Shown here: positions 39,754 through 48,426 of the stretch, one piece after another
How the letters are laid out: each line of letters begins with the position of its first letter
How positions within the stretch are numbered: position 1 is the first letter of the stretch
DNA from: a virus
Taxonomy: Duplodnaviria; Heunggongvirae; Uroviricota; Caudoviricetes
Virus record (IMG/VR): IMGVR_UViG_3300022555_000017
Span: 64,001 to 127,545 of that record
Strand: one strand, 5' to 3'
DNA length: 63,545 bases
Notes under the pieces: model-generated
Told to the model about the DNA's origin: nothing
What the model saw: the letters and a program-made list of their open reading frames with translations, nothing else
Database searches by the model: none
Made by a program: the position numbers and the translations under genes

Positions 39754-40622
39754 ATAAATTTTTTAATCTCCTCTAAACAGTTTTCTTTATTATTAATCCA
39801 ATCTCGTTCATTTATTATAAATAAATCAATTTTCTTTTTTATACATTGTTTCTTCTTCATTTCGTCATACCATTTTGACTTATCACTAGAATGCCAATAT
39901 TCACCATTAAATTCTATTGCTTTTCTTACATCAGGTAAAAATATATCCAATTCAAGATGTCTACCAGACCAATAATTTTTACATATGGTTCTGTTATTTT
40001 CTAAAATTGAACCTGAATAAATAGTTTTAACATATTCAACTATTATCTTTTCTGGTTTTGAACTTTTGTTAATATACGAACATTTAGGGCACCCATATTT
40101 CTTAAATCTAAAATTTCCATAACTCATTTCAAAAATATGCCCATTCAAACATAATATTCTTAATTTAGTCAAAGCATTTTTATATTCTGTTGATAAAAGT
40201 TTATACCCAAAACTTTCTATATATTCTTTAACATAAATATATTTTAATCTAATACCGCCATTACATTCTGGGCATCTTTGGCCTCGTTGAAAGTTATTAT
40301 ATTTCATTTTAAATATATGACCTTTTGGGCATTGCAGTTCCAGTTTTGAAAGAGCATTTTTATAAACAGTTGATAATAATTTATATCCATCAATTTCAAC
40401 ATATTCTTTAACTTGATCTAATGTTTTCTTTTTAAGACCCGCGCATTCAGCACATCTATTACCAGTACTTTTAAAAGTATGAAAAGACATATTAAATAAA
40501 TGGTTCTGAGGGCATTTTAATTTTAATATTTCTTTATTATTTACATATTCAGTTGATAAAAGTTTATACCCCCAACTTTCAATATAACTTCTAACTTCTT
40601 CTAATTTATATTTTATATTCAT
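39747..40622 (-). CDS. Free-standing putative homing endonuclease: three zinc-finger repeats plus PD-(D/E)XK domain
   Basis: CPQNH, CPKGH and CLNGH units; LELDIFLPDVRKAIEFNGEYWH. Confidence 0.82.
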   Translation of the reverse strand: MNIKYKLEEVRSYIESWGYKLLSTEYVNNKEILKLKCPQNHLFNMSFHTFKSTGNRCAECAGLKKKTLDQVKEYVEIDGYKLLSTVYKNALSKLELQCPKGHIFKMKYNNFQRGQRCPECNGGIRLKYIYVKEYIESFGYKLLSTEYKNALTKLRILCLNGHIFEMSYGNFRFKKYGCPKCSYINKSSKPEKIIVEYVKTIYSGSILENNRTICKNYWSGRHLELDIFLPDVRKAIEFNGEYWHSSDKSKWYDEMKKKQCIKKKIDLFIINERDWINNKENCLEEIKKFIC

Positions 40623-40639
40623 TTATTCTCACTTTTTAT

Positions 40640-40679
40640 TATTTATACATATTTTAACATAATACCCAAAAATTGTCAA
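40640..40679 (-). promoter_or_regulatory. Sigma70-type promoter (TTGACA-17-TAAAAT, 40679-40651) followed by late box TATAAATA (40647-40640)
   Basis: Minus strand TTGACAatttttgggtattatgtTAAAATatgTATAAATA. Confidence 0.75.
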
Positions 40680-40682
40680 TAA

Positions 40683-40709
40683 AAAAGGTGAGAAAAAATC
40701 TCACCTTTT
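40683..40709 (-). terminator. Intrinsic terminator after the major capsid gene
   Basis: 11-bp perfect stem AAAAGGTGAGA/TCTCACCTTTT ending in a U-run on the minus strand, 24 nt after the gp23 stop. Confidence 0.82.
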
Positions 40710-40733
40710 ATTATTTTTATTATCTACTCAAGC

Positions 40734-41939
40734 TTATTGAGGTAGATTATAACAACGCACATACTGATAGTAAAGGTTACTACCAAAGATGTGTTCATGG
40801 ATTGCGTAACGACTCATCAAACCAACTGTTGGATGGAATGACTGTTCATATATGGTTTTGCTCACCATAAGTTGGACGTAGGGTAAATAAATGATGCCGG
40901 CATCATATTCTGATGGGCCTTTATATCCAACTGTCAAATAATCAACAGCCGCAAATGTATCTCTATATACCTGCAAACGACCATCTAAACTACCCATTTT
41001 TGCGATACCAGATGTAAGAACATTAATATCGTTATTTACTGGCCATACAATAAATGATGAAAGACCTTCAAGTGCTGCACATACATAAGGAGATGCTACA
41101 ACAAAGTTACCAGCGCCTCTGCGTGTATTGACTGCGATTGCATTTGACTTTCTTACAACCATGTTATAAAGTGTACGATATTTCTCTGCCTGCCATCTAC
41201 CATCTGCATCAACAGGACTATCATAATCCCAATCACCAGATACGGCAACTGTATTCATCTTATTAACAATTTCACGGTCAATTTCTGCCGTAATTTCGTA
41301 TGCTAAAATGTCCATCATTTCTTCTTCCAGATCAAGACCGTGCATTGCTTTCAAATCCTGTGCAACTTCCAATGACCAACGGCTTCTCAATTTTCGTGTC
41401 TTTGCTTCTACCTGTGCTTTCTCAACTGTCATATTAACTTCTTTGATAGCTGTTCCTGCGCCAACACCCAAACCAATATCACCTGATATATTAGAACCCA
41501 AAAGTTCTCCAGCTGATGTTACATATGTACCAGTATATGTAGTATCAATTCTGTTGTATCCAGCTTCATCTGTAGGATAGTTAATACCATACTGACCATT
41601 GGCAGGGCCGTCACCAGTATAACTTGTACCTGGCTTAAATCTCAATGCGAATGCCAAACCAACAGGGCCTGTCATAGGCTGAACGCCAACGATGTCGTGG
41701 GCAATAAGTTCAGGGAAGGTACGGCGAACCATCGGAATAGCAATCTGATGGAAATCACCTGATGTAGCATAACCAGCATCTCTATTAAAACCTGTCTGTG
41801 TATAATCTCCACCTTCAGTAAGATACTTGTTTTCATTTTCTAGCATCAAGGCTGTTGCTTTAAGAATCTTCTGACTCTTAATCTTTCCACCCTCATTAAG
41901 AATTTCTCCCCACTTATCTACTAATGCTTTAATATCCAT
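40734..41939 (-). CDS. gp23: Major capsid protein gp23
   Basis: IPMVRRTFPELIAHDIVGVQPMTGPVGLAFALR, VEAKTRKL-x3-WSLEVAQDLKAMHGLD, EITAEIDREI and GYKG-x-SEYDAG. Confidence 0.97.
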   Translation of the reverse strand: MDIKALVDKWGEILNEGGKIKSQKILKATALMLENENKYLTEGGDYTQTGFNRDAGYATSGDFHQIAIPMVRRTFPELIAHDIVGVQPMTGPVGLAFALRFKPGTSYTGDGPANGQYGINYPTDEAGYNRIDTTYTGTYVTSAGELLGSNISGDIGLGVGAGTAIKEVNMTVEKAQVEAKTRKLRSRWSLEVAQDLKAMHGLDLEEEMMDILAYEITAEIDREIVNKMNTVAVSGDWDYDSPVDADGRWQAEKYRTLYNMVVRKSNAIAVNTRRGAGNFVVASPYVCAALEGLSSFIVWPVNNDINVLTSGIAKMGSLDGRLQVYRDTFAAVDYLTVGYKGPSEYDAGIIYLPYVQLMVSKTIYEQSFHPTVGLMSRYAIHEHIFGSNLYYQYVRCYNLPQ

Positions 41940-41988
41940 TATTTATTTTTCCTCCTAAATTGTTTCTTAATTTTTTAACTCTTACATT

Positions 41989-41996
41989 TATTTATT
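41989..41996 (-). promoter_or_regulatory. Late-box variant AATAAATA upstream of gp23
   Basis: One mismatch to TATAAATA in the gp22-gp23 gap, ahead of an AGGAGG RBS. Confidence 0.5.
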
Positions 41997-42042
41997 ATTT
42001 TTCTTTAATCCTGCTACAATCTCAAAAAGTTCTTAGCCTAAC

Positions 42043-42936
42043 TTAAAATTTGTTCTCTTTCAAAATCTTTACCCATTGTGCTTTAACTCTATTGAATGGA
42101 CTATCATCTTCCTGAATTGTTGCTACTGGTTTTTCTTCAGTAGGAACTTCCATACTACCCTGACCTTCTTCTTCAGCAGGTACTATAGAATCAACAACGG
42201 GTTCCAAACTGGCACCACATTCAGGGCAAGTTTTAATACTCTTATCCTTCAAGATTGCGCCACAAGCTGTACAAATAAATTCTTCTGATGCAGCCTCTGG
42301 TTCTGGAAGTTCAGTTCCAACTGCTACTTCTTCTTTCAATACTGCTTCCATAACAATATCATACTTGCGATCAATTTCTTTCTTGTCTGTAATATCACCA
42401 AGAATACTTAGAACCTTAATCCTAGATGCTTCACTCAGACCATCACATTTCTTTCTCAAATAAAGATTAGATGCCATCTGCTTTGTATCATTTACCAATT
42501 CAGTGTTCTGCGAAATAAGTTCATTTGCCTTTGCTTTCAATTTGGTAATCTCTTCTTTGGCTTCTTTCAAAAGGGCTTTGGCTTCTTCATCTAAAACACC
42601 TTCATCAATACCAATACGAATCTTGAACTGTTCTACCAAATCGGTATACAATTCACCCTTTCTTGCATATTCCATAACCTTCTCTGGAATAGTAAGCTCC
42701 TGATCAAGAACGGAATCCACGAAATTTGAAAACTTTGAAGTAATATCCTTCTTATAATCTTCAAACTTTGTTTCATACTCTGTTACAAGTCTTTCCTTTT
42801 CTTCACCAAGAAGGGAATCAGCTCTTTCTCTTGCTTTAACATCAATTATAGAATCCAATTTTTCTTTAACTAATGTCTGCTGAGATTCATCAAGTTTCTC
42901 AACTCCAAGAATTTTTACGATTTCTTCTATTAACAT
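42043..42936 (-). CDS. gp22: Prohead core scaffold gp22-like with a C-terminal zinc-ribbon insert; start probably ATG at 42936
   Basis: Coiled-coil acidic protein with FVDSVL, between gp21 and gp23; CTAC-x12-CPEC near the C-terminus; AGGAGG is correctly spaced only for the 42936 ATG. Confidence 0.8.
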   Translation of the reverse strand: MLIEEIVKILGVEKLDESQQTLVKEKLDSIIDVKARERADSLLGEEKERLVTEYETKFEDYKKDITSKFSNFVDSVLDQELTIPEKVMEYARKGELYTDLVEQFKIRIGIDEGVLDEEAKALLKEAKEEITKLKAKANELISQNTELVNDTKQMASNLYLRKKCDGLSEASRIKVLSILGDITDKKEIDRKYDIVMEAVLKEEVAVGTELPEPEAASEEFICTACGAILKDKSIKTCPECGASLEPVVDSIVPAEEEGQGSMEVPTEEKPVATIQEDDSPFNRVKAQWVKILKENKF

Positions 42937-42980
42937 TAATATCATCCTCCTAGTTTTGTTATTTTAAAAAGTTTCCTTTC

Positions 42981-43268
42981 TTATTTAAATAATTTTTTCT
43001 TTTTCTTCGGCTTTAATTCTGAGCATTCGTCAACTGAATATAAAGTTGACAAAATCATTTCTTTAAGTTCTGATTGATGCTCATCTAAAATTGAATCATC
43101 TAAACTTTCAAGAAGTTCTGTTATCTCATCTGATATATCATCTTCATCAACAGTATCATCATATTCTACTTCAGGTTCTGGAACATCTTCTACAGAACCC
43201 ATACCAGAAAACCCATACATATCATAATCTTCTTTTAATAATTTTGATATTTTAGTTTCTACATTCAT
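42981..43268 (-). CDS. Small acidic protein, possible prohead core or internal protein
   Basis: 95 aa, D/E-rich with basic tail, N-terminal LLKE; preceded by TATAAATA at 43289-43296 and AGGAGA. Confidence 0.65.
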   Translation of the reverse strand: MNVETKISKLLKEDYDMYGFSGMGSVEDVPEPEVEYDDTVDEDDISDEITELLESLDDSILDEHQSELKEMILSTLYSVDECSELKPKKKKKLFK

Positions 43269-43291
43269 TGATTCATTCTCCTTAAAACTAT

Positions 43292-44965
43292 TTATAAAGT
43301 TTTACTGATATTTTCTAATACTTGCCAAATTGTCTTGTAGTATTGAGATTTTGCTTCATTGATGTCTATAATAGGCTCAACAACAATTACAGGAGGATTA
43401 AAATCTCTACCTTCATATACACCTTTAATCCAAGAAGGATGATTAGACGGCTCGCCAACTAAATCCCAAGTAATTAGGCAATAGTCCTCATTTACATAAC
43501 CATCTGATTCGTTTACTGTTCCAAGACCTCTTGAGCTAATACCCAAGTTACCTTCTCTAATCAATGTTTTAGCTATCTGTCCCATAGGTGTATCAATAAC
43601 TTTTGCTTTACCGCAAATGTTATCGCCATCCCAACCCAATGATTCAATCATAATAGCAATTTTATCAAGGTTTATATCAGGTGAATTTCCTGTGAAAAAT
43701 GAAACGCTATTTTCATTTCTAACATAAAAATTATGATTTTGAACCTCTATACAATAAACATAACCATCATATTCTTCCTTTTCTATTTTTAAAAATCTAT
43801 CATCAGTATATATACCATTAGTAGATAAAATCTTTAAAAAATATAAAGGACTTTTATTTTCAGCTTTAATAATTCTATCTGCAAATTTATAATCAACTTT
43901 GCAATATTGAACAGTTTTTCTGGCAGATATACCACATTTAAAAGCAATTTCATGAAAATCATCTATTAATTTTTCTGAAGTAGAAAAAATATCTTTTTTA
44001 CAATCTTCTTTTAAAAATCCTCTGCCATCACCAATACCAAACCAATATATCAACTCTTCAAGATATTTAGGTGACAACTCCTTAATAAAATCAGGAATAT
44101 ATTTATCATAACAAATACCTAAAGGTCTAAGAAAATTAGCTAATCTTCCATCATATAAACTAAAAGTTATTTTTCCATTATGATTATTTTCATGCCATTT
44201 CATTTCAATAGGAAATTCATTTAAAATATTTCTAATTAAATCTGCTTTCGCACCTTCATTTTGTGTTATATGAATGCCATTATTAAATTTCTTTGATACA
44301 TTACCTTCTGCTAACCAAATGCCAAAAAATTTAATAAATGTCAGCATATCTATTTCAATATCAACATTATGTGTAAAATTAGACGGATATACTTTATCTA
44401 AACCTTTAAATAGTATGGTATCAAAATCTTTGCCATACCAAACACCCGTTTTAGGAATATATGATTTTCTAATAAGTCTTGTATCACATTCATCAATTTC
44501 TTTAGATGTTTTAAACATAGACTTATCATTCCTATTAAAAAGAAGATGCCTATGAGTTGGTGTAAAAGACATATCAATTTGCCTTCCTTTAAATCTATAC
44601 ATTAATCCTTTATAAGGAGCTTCTATTTTTTTATTTACTTTATGATATTCAATTTCTTTTGTATTTGGATTGAGAGTTGCAACCACATCATTTATATCAA
44701 CATCCTTAATATATTTCCATCCATTAGAAGTAAGAATTTCATTATCACCAAAAATACATTCAGGGTGCCCAAGTTCTCCCCATAAGCACTTGCCATTAAT
44801 TTTTTCTGTAATTTTATTTAATTCACGATCAAGTATATCTTTTCTATATTTTCGGCCATTACTATTCTGTATTTCAGCAGAACTGAATATACCTTCTATA
44901 AAAAGGTTTCCTGAATCATTTGAGGATACTTGAACATTTCTTGATAGTTCTGTTATAAGTTTCAT
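43292..44965 (-). CDS. gp21: Prohead protease gp21 interrupted by an intein
   Basis: FIEGIF-x2-AE-x2-N-x-NGR-x-Y, GELGHP, TPMG-x-I-x3-L, GISSRGLG and WDLVGEPS. Confidence 0.95.
   Translation of the reverse strand: MKLITELSRNVQVSSNDSGNLFIEGIFSSAEIQNSNGRKYRKDILDRELNKITEKINGKCLWGELGHPECIFGDNEILTSNGWKYIKDVDINDVVATLNPNTKEIEYHKVNKKIEAPYKGLMYRFKGRQIDMSFTPTHRHLLFNRNDKSMFKTSKEIDECDTRLIRKSYIPKTGVWYGKDFDTILFKGLDKVYPSNFTHNVDIEIDMLTFIKFFGIWLAEGNVSKKFNNGIHITQNEGAKADLIRNILNEFPIEMKWHENNHNGKITFSLYDGRLANFLRPLGICYDKYIPDFIKELSPKYLEELIYWFGIGDGRGFLKEDCKKDIFSTSEKLIDDFHEIAFKCGISARKTVQYCKVDYKFADRIIKAENKSPLYFLKILSTNGIYTDDRFLKIEKEEYDGYVYCIEVQNHNFYVRNENSVSFFTGNSPDINLDKIAIMIESLGWDGDNICGKAKVIDTPMGQIAKTLIREGNLGISSRGLGTVNESDGYVNEDYCLITWDLVGEPSNHPSWIKGVYEGRDFNPPVIVVEPIIDINEAKSQYYKTIWQVLENISKTL
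43685..44758 (-). mobile_element. Intein, 358 aa (residues 70-427), with LAGLIDADG-type endonuclease
   Basis: Starts GHPE|CIFGDNEILTSNGW and ends VYCIEVQNHNFYVR...FTGN|S; internal FFGIWLAEG and WFGIGDG blocks; removing it restores a 199-aa gp21. Confidence 0.93.
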
Positions 44966-44969
44966 ATTA

Positions 44970-45317
44970 TTACTCCTTATATCCTCTAGGAGAAAGACTA
45001 TTTCCTGTAGATATAGTAGGTGTAGGAGTTACTACAGGTTCTACAATATCAGCACCATATCTTTCAGGATATGCATCTGCTACAATCTTCCATATATATT
45101 TTGATTTCATAGGAAAAGCATTAACAAGAGAAGCTACCATATCAAAAACATCTTTAAATCTTTGTGGCGTATTTGCTTTAGAAAGTCTATATGATATTCT
45201 TTTTAATCCTGTTGATATGCTTGATACTTCGGACTCTGCAAAACCACCTGCTTCATCAATAGATTCAGTATCTTCTACAAGGTGCTTTTCAATAATTGCA
45301 TCAAGTTCTTTATCCAT
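44970..45317 (-). CDS. Hypothetical head-region protein (gp67/gp68 position)
   Basis: 115-aa ORF with GGAG RBS and N-terminal IIEKHLVE; synteny only. Confidence 0.6.
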   Translation of the reverse strand: MDKELDAIIEKHLVEDTESIDEAGGFAESEVSSISTGLKRISYRLSKANTPQRFKDVFDMVASLVNAFPMKSKYIWKIVADAYPERYGADIVEPVVTPTPTISTGNSLSPRGYKE

Positions 45318-45335
45318 TCTATATCCTCCACGATA

Positions 45336-45584
45336 CTATTTTTTCTTTAAAAGACGTTTTGCCTTCGGTTTTTTATCTTCAACATCAGTATTATTTATAT
45401 CAATATCTACATTATCTTCAACTTTTACTACTTCTGGTGTTGTCAAAGGATTTTTTAGACCCAATTTATTCTGTATAAATTCATCTCTGGCAGTTCTTAC
45501 AATCTTCTGTAACTTATCCTGTGCATCTACAAAATTATCAGCCTCAAAATCATCAAGTACACCCTTTATTTCATTTTCTTCCAT
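45336..45584 (-). CDS. Small acidic prohead core protein, gp67-like by position
   Basis: 82 aa, acidic N-terminus and basic tail; GGAGG RBS; lies between portal and protease. Confidence 0.55.
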   Translation of the reverse strand: MEENEIKGVLDDFEADNFVDAQDKLQKIVRTARDEFIQNKLGLKNPLTTPEVVKVEDNVDIDINNTDVEDKKPKAKRLLKKK

Positions 45585-45600
45585 TTTACATCCTCCACAT

Positions 45601-47928
45601 TTATAAGTATTTTTCTAACAATATACCTAATCGTTTCTGTAGTATATCATATATTTTACTATCGTTTTTATTTTCTTCTGGTTTATTTGTCTTTTCGGGC
45701 TTCTTTTTAACTATCTTTTCAGTTCCATCTGGTTTTAAGATAATATCATTGTCATCATCATCACCATTTTTTATAATCATATCTGGTTCTTTATATGATT
45801 TATCTATATCCAAATCTTTTCTTTTACTATTATAACTTGCCGCACCACCTTGAGTTCTCACACCGCTCGGACGCCATATATATTTCCAATGTTTTATTTT
45901 ATTTGTTCCTGTTTTATAATCATCTGTAGAAGTATGATATGCACCATCTTCAAAATGTTGATGATTATGCTCAATAACATCTAACCCATTAGATGTTATT
46001 AATAAATTTGAAAATCCAATCATACACATTAAACAAGCTGGGCCCTTCGTCATTGCAAGTTTAGCATTATCGCTACCTAAAATTTTTATAAGTTCGTCTT
46101 TATCTATATATTTCATCATATCTTCAACTGCTTTTACATCTAAACTATCTATTAATTTTCTTGATTTGGATAAATTACCATTTTTACTTGCAATTATTTC
46201 TTGCGTATCTTGTTTATGTTTTTTTATAAATTCACGAAATGCCTTTATATCTTTAATTGAACTCCCAAAACCACTATTTTTCATAAGTTCTTCATATTTA
46301 GAATCATCATCTATAAAATCATCACCAATACCTAATAAATGACCCGTTTTGCCAGGACTACTAGATAGCATTTTTCTTTTCTTTTCATCTGGATGGTATC
46401 TTTGATATTGAGCAGTTTCGCCAGGAAATCCATAATAGCCAAATTTACCACCAGCTAGACCATATTTTACACTTATTGCTGTAATTCTTTCTACTTTATT
46501 TGAGCCTTTACCTTCAGAAGATATTTTTAATTTATCACCACTAGGAAATGAACCATTTGCAGGTAAATAACATTCTTCCCCGTTAGCTATTTCAGTATCA
46601 TAAAGAGCCATTTCAGCAAACTGTTTCATTACACCATTAGCAATATTTTCATCAAGATTATATAAACTAACTGCAGCATTAGAATATAAATCACCTATTG
46701 CCTTACTAGCCATTTCTGATGGAATATCATAGTCTTTTAATACCTTTTGTAAATCATTTGTAAGATTTTCAAAAGTAGTCACAACTTTAGGGTCTATTTT
46801 TCCAGCGTCAGCTAATCTTCTAGCAGCTTCTGTAGATTTAGTTAAAGCTGTATTTGAATTTATAGAATGTTCTAAATAAGCTTTTGAATTTATACCTTTT
46901 TCATTATCTAAAAGTAATCCATCAGAATCTACAGGCGCATATACACTTTTATATTTTGTTTCAAATGTATCAAATGGTGGTTTATCAAAAAGTTTTGCAA
47001 CTTTTTCATCACTCTGAGAAGTTCTAATAGTATCTCTATCAAGTTCAGGTTTAGCCGTTGCACCTAATATACTAGCAGGATTTTTTTCTGTTTCTTGATA
47101 TGAAAGGTCAACATCGTAATGATTAAAAAGATTTACATAATATTTGGAATATTTTTTTATACCCTTTCTAGTATTATCATGATCATCTTTTGATAATCTA
47201 GCATTATTTACATACAGTTCACCATTTTTATTTGTTTCCAAACCATATTCTAAAACTATTTCCTCAGCTCTTTTAATAGATTCATCTCTAGGAAGATTTG
47301 TTAAATCATCAACATCTTTAAAAAATCTCATATATACATTTTTATTTCTATCTTCCATAACATCATTTGACAGTATTAAATCTGTTGCTTGTTTACTAAC
47401 TTGTGTAATATTAATTTCTCTACCATCTGCTGTTTTTATTACTGATCCAATAGTTTCTTCTGGTTTTTTCTCACCACCTGTTTCTTCTGGTTTTTTCTCA
47501 CCACCTGTTTCTTCTGGTTTTTTCTCACCACCTGTTTCTTCTGGTTTTTTCTCACCACCTGTTTCTTCTGGTTTTTTCTCACCAGTACCCTTAGGCAGTT
47601 CTTCAGTAGAACCACCAGTTTTTGATGCTTTATTTTCAGCATCTATAATTATTGCATCGGCATCTTTAGAAAGTTTTTTAGATATATTATTCCCTAATAT
47701 ATGATTAAACGCACCATGAAAACTTTTAATACTATCATATGATAAAGTAGAAAGTAATGATTTTATAGCACTTAAAATTGCTGATGCTGCCTTAGTCTGC
47801 ACCTCTATATTATCTGGATTAGTTTCAATTATCTGAATTAATTGATGTGCTAACTTTGCACCCTTTTTAACTGAAGGATCACTTAAATCCGCCTTTACTT
47901 CGTTTATTAAATAATCTTTTACTTTCAT
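45601..47928 (-). CDS. Large hypothetical protein, candidate internal head (ejected) protein
   Basis: 775 aa, starts MKVKDYLINE|V; internal GEKKPEETG repeats; lies between portal and core genes. Confidence 0.6.
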   Translation of the reverse strand: MKVKDYLINEVKADLSDPSVKKGAKLAHQLIQIIETNPDNIEVQTKAASAILSAIKSLLSTLSYDSIKSFHGAFNHILGNNISKKLSKDADAIIIDAENKASKTGGSTEELPKGTGEKKPEETGGEKKPEETGGEKKPEETGGEKKPEETGGEKKPEETIGSVIKTADGREINITQVSKQATDLILSNDVMEDRNKNVYMRFFKDVDDLTNLPRDESIKRAEEIVLEYGLETNKNGELYVNNARLSKDDHDNTRKGIKKYSKYYVNLFNHYDVDLSYQETEKNPASILGATAKPELDRDTIRTSQSDEKVAKLFDKPPFDTFETKYKSVYAPVDSDGLLLDNEKGINSKAYLEHSINSNTALTKSTEAARRLADAGKIDPKVVTTFENLTNDLQKVLKDYDIPSEMASKAIGDLYSNAAVSLYNLDENIANGVMKQFAEMALYDTEIANGEECYLPANGSFPSGDKLKISSEGKGSNKVERITAISVKYGLAGGKFGYYGFPGETAQYQRYHPDEKKRKMLSSSPGKTGHLLGIGDDFIDDDSKYEELMKNSGFGSSIKDIKAFREFIKKHKQDTQEIIASKNGNLSKSRKLIDSLDVKAVEDMMKYIDKDELIKILGSDNAKLAMTKGPACLMCMIGFSNLLITSNGLDVIEHNHQHFEDGAYHTSTDDYKTGTNKIKHWKYIWRPSGVRTQGGAASYNSKRKDLDIDKSYKEPDMIIKNGDDDDNDIILKPDGTEKIVKKKPEKTNKPEENKNDSKIYDILQKRLGILLEKYL
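47453..47584. repeat. 27-nt tandem repeat, four full copies plus 24 nt, encoding GEKKPEETG
   Basis: gtttcttctggttttttctcaccacct at 47453, 47480, 47507 and 47534, partial at 47561. Confidence 0.95.
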
Positions 47929-48425
47929 TAGTTTTTCACCATTAAATATAGATTAGTTACCATACCATCAATTTTTGGCCCCAACATAGTAAATCCAAGT
48001 TTCTCAAGTCCTTTAATAGAAAACTTATTATCTATTCTAACTGTTGAAAATACACCACTACCTTTAACCTTATTTAACAATGCAGTATTTAACTGATGCA
48101 TTATTCCTTTACTCTGATGTTCTGGTAATGTATAAGACCAACCCATTTCATATTTATAGTTCTTAGCTTCTTCAGGCGCCATTTCAAAAACAGTTTTGCT
48201 TCTATATGGTTTTTTAATAGCTGAAATGGCAATAACTTCATCATCTTTATAATAAAACCCTAAATAAACACCTTTCCCTTTTAAATCACCTTCAGATGGA
48301 TAGGCTTGATCAGCGTCAATAACCATATCATAAAATATATCTAGCTCATCTTCTGTGCATTCTAATGGCTTCTTTATAACTATACCATTATTATTTTCTT
48401 CATTTAGAAAGGCTTGGTATCTCAT
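47928..48425 (-). CDS. GNAT-family acetyltransferase
   Basis: EMGWSYTLPEHQSKGI (motif A) and N-x2-S-x3-LEKLGF (motif B). Confidence 0.85.
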   Translation of the reverse strand: MRYQAFLNEENNNGIVIKKPLECTEDELDIFYDMVIDADQAYPSEGDLKGKGVYLGFYYKDDEVIAISAIKKPYRSKTVFEMAPEEAKNYKYEMGWSYTLPEHQSKGIMHQLNTALLNKVKGSGVFSTVRIDNKFSIKGLEKLGFTMLGPKIDGMVTNLYLMVKN

Positions 48426-48426
48426 G

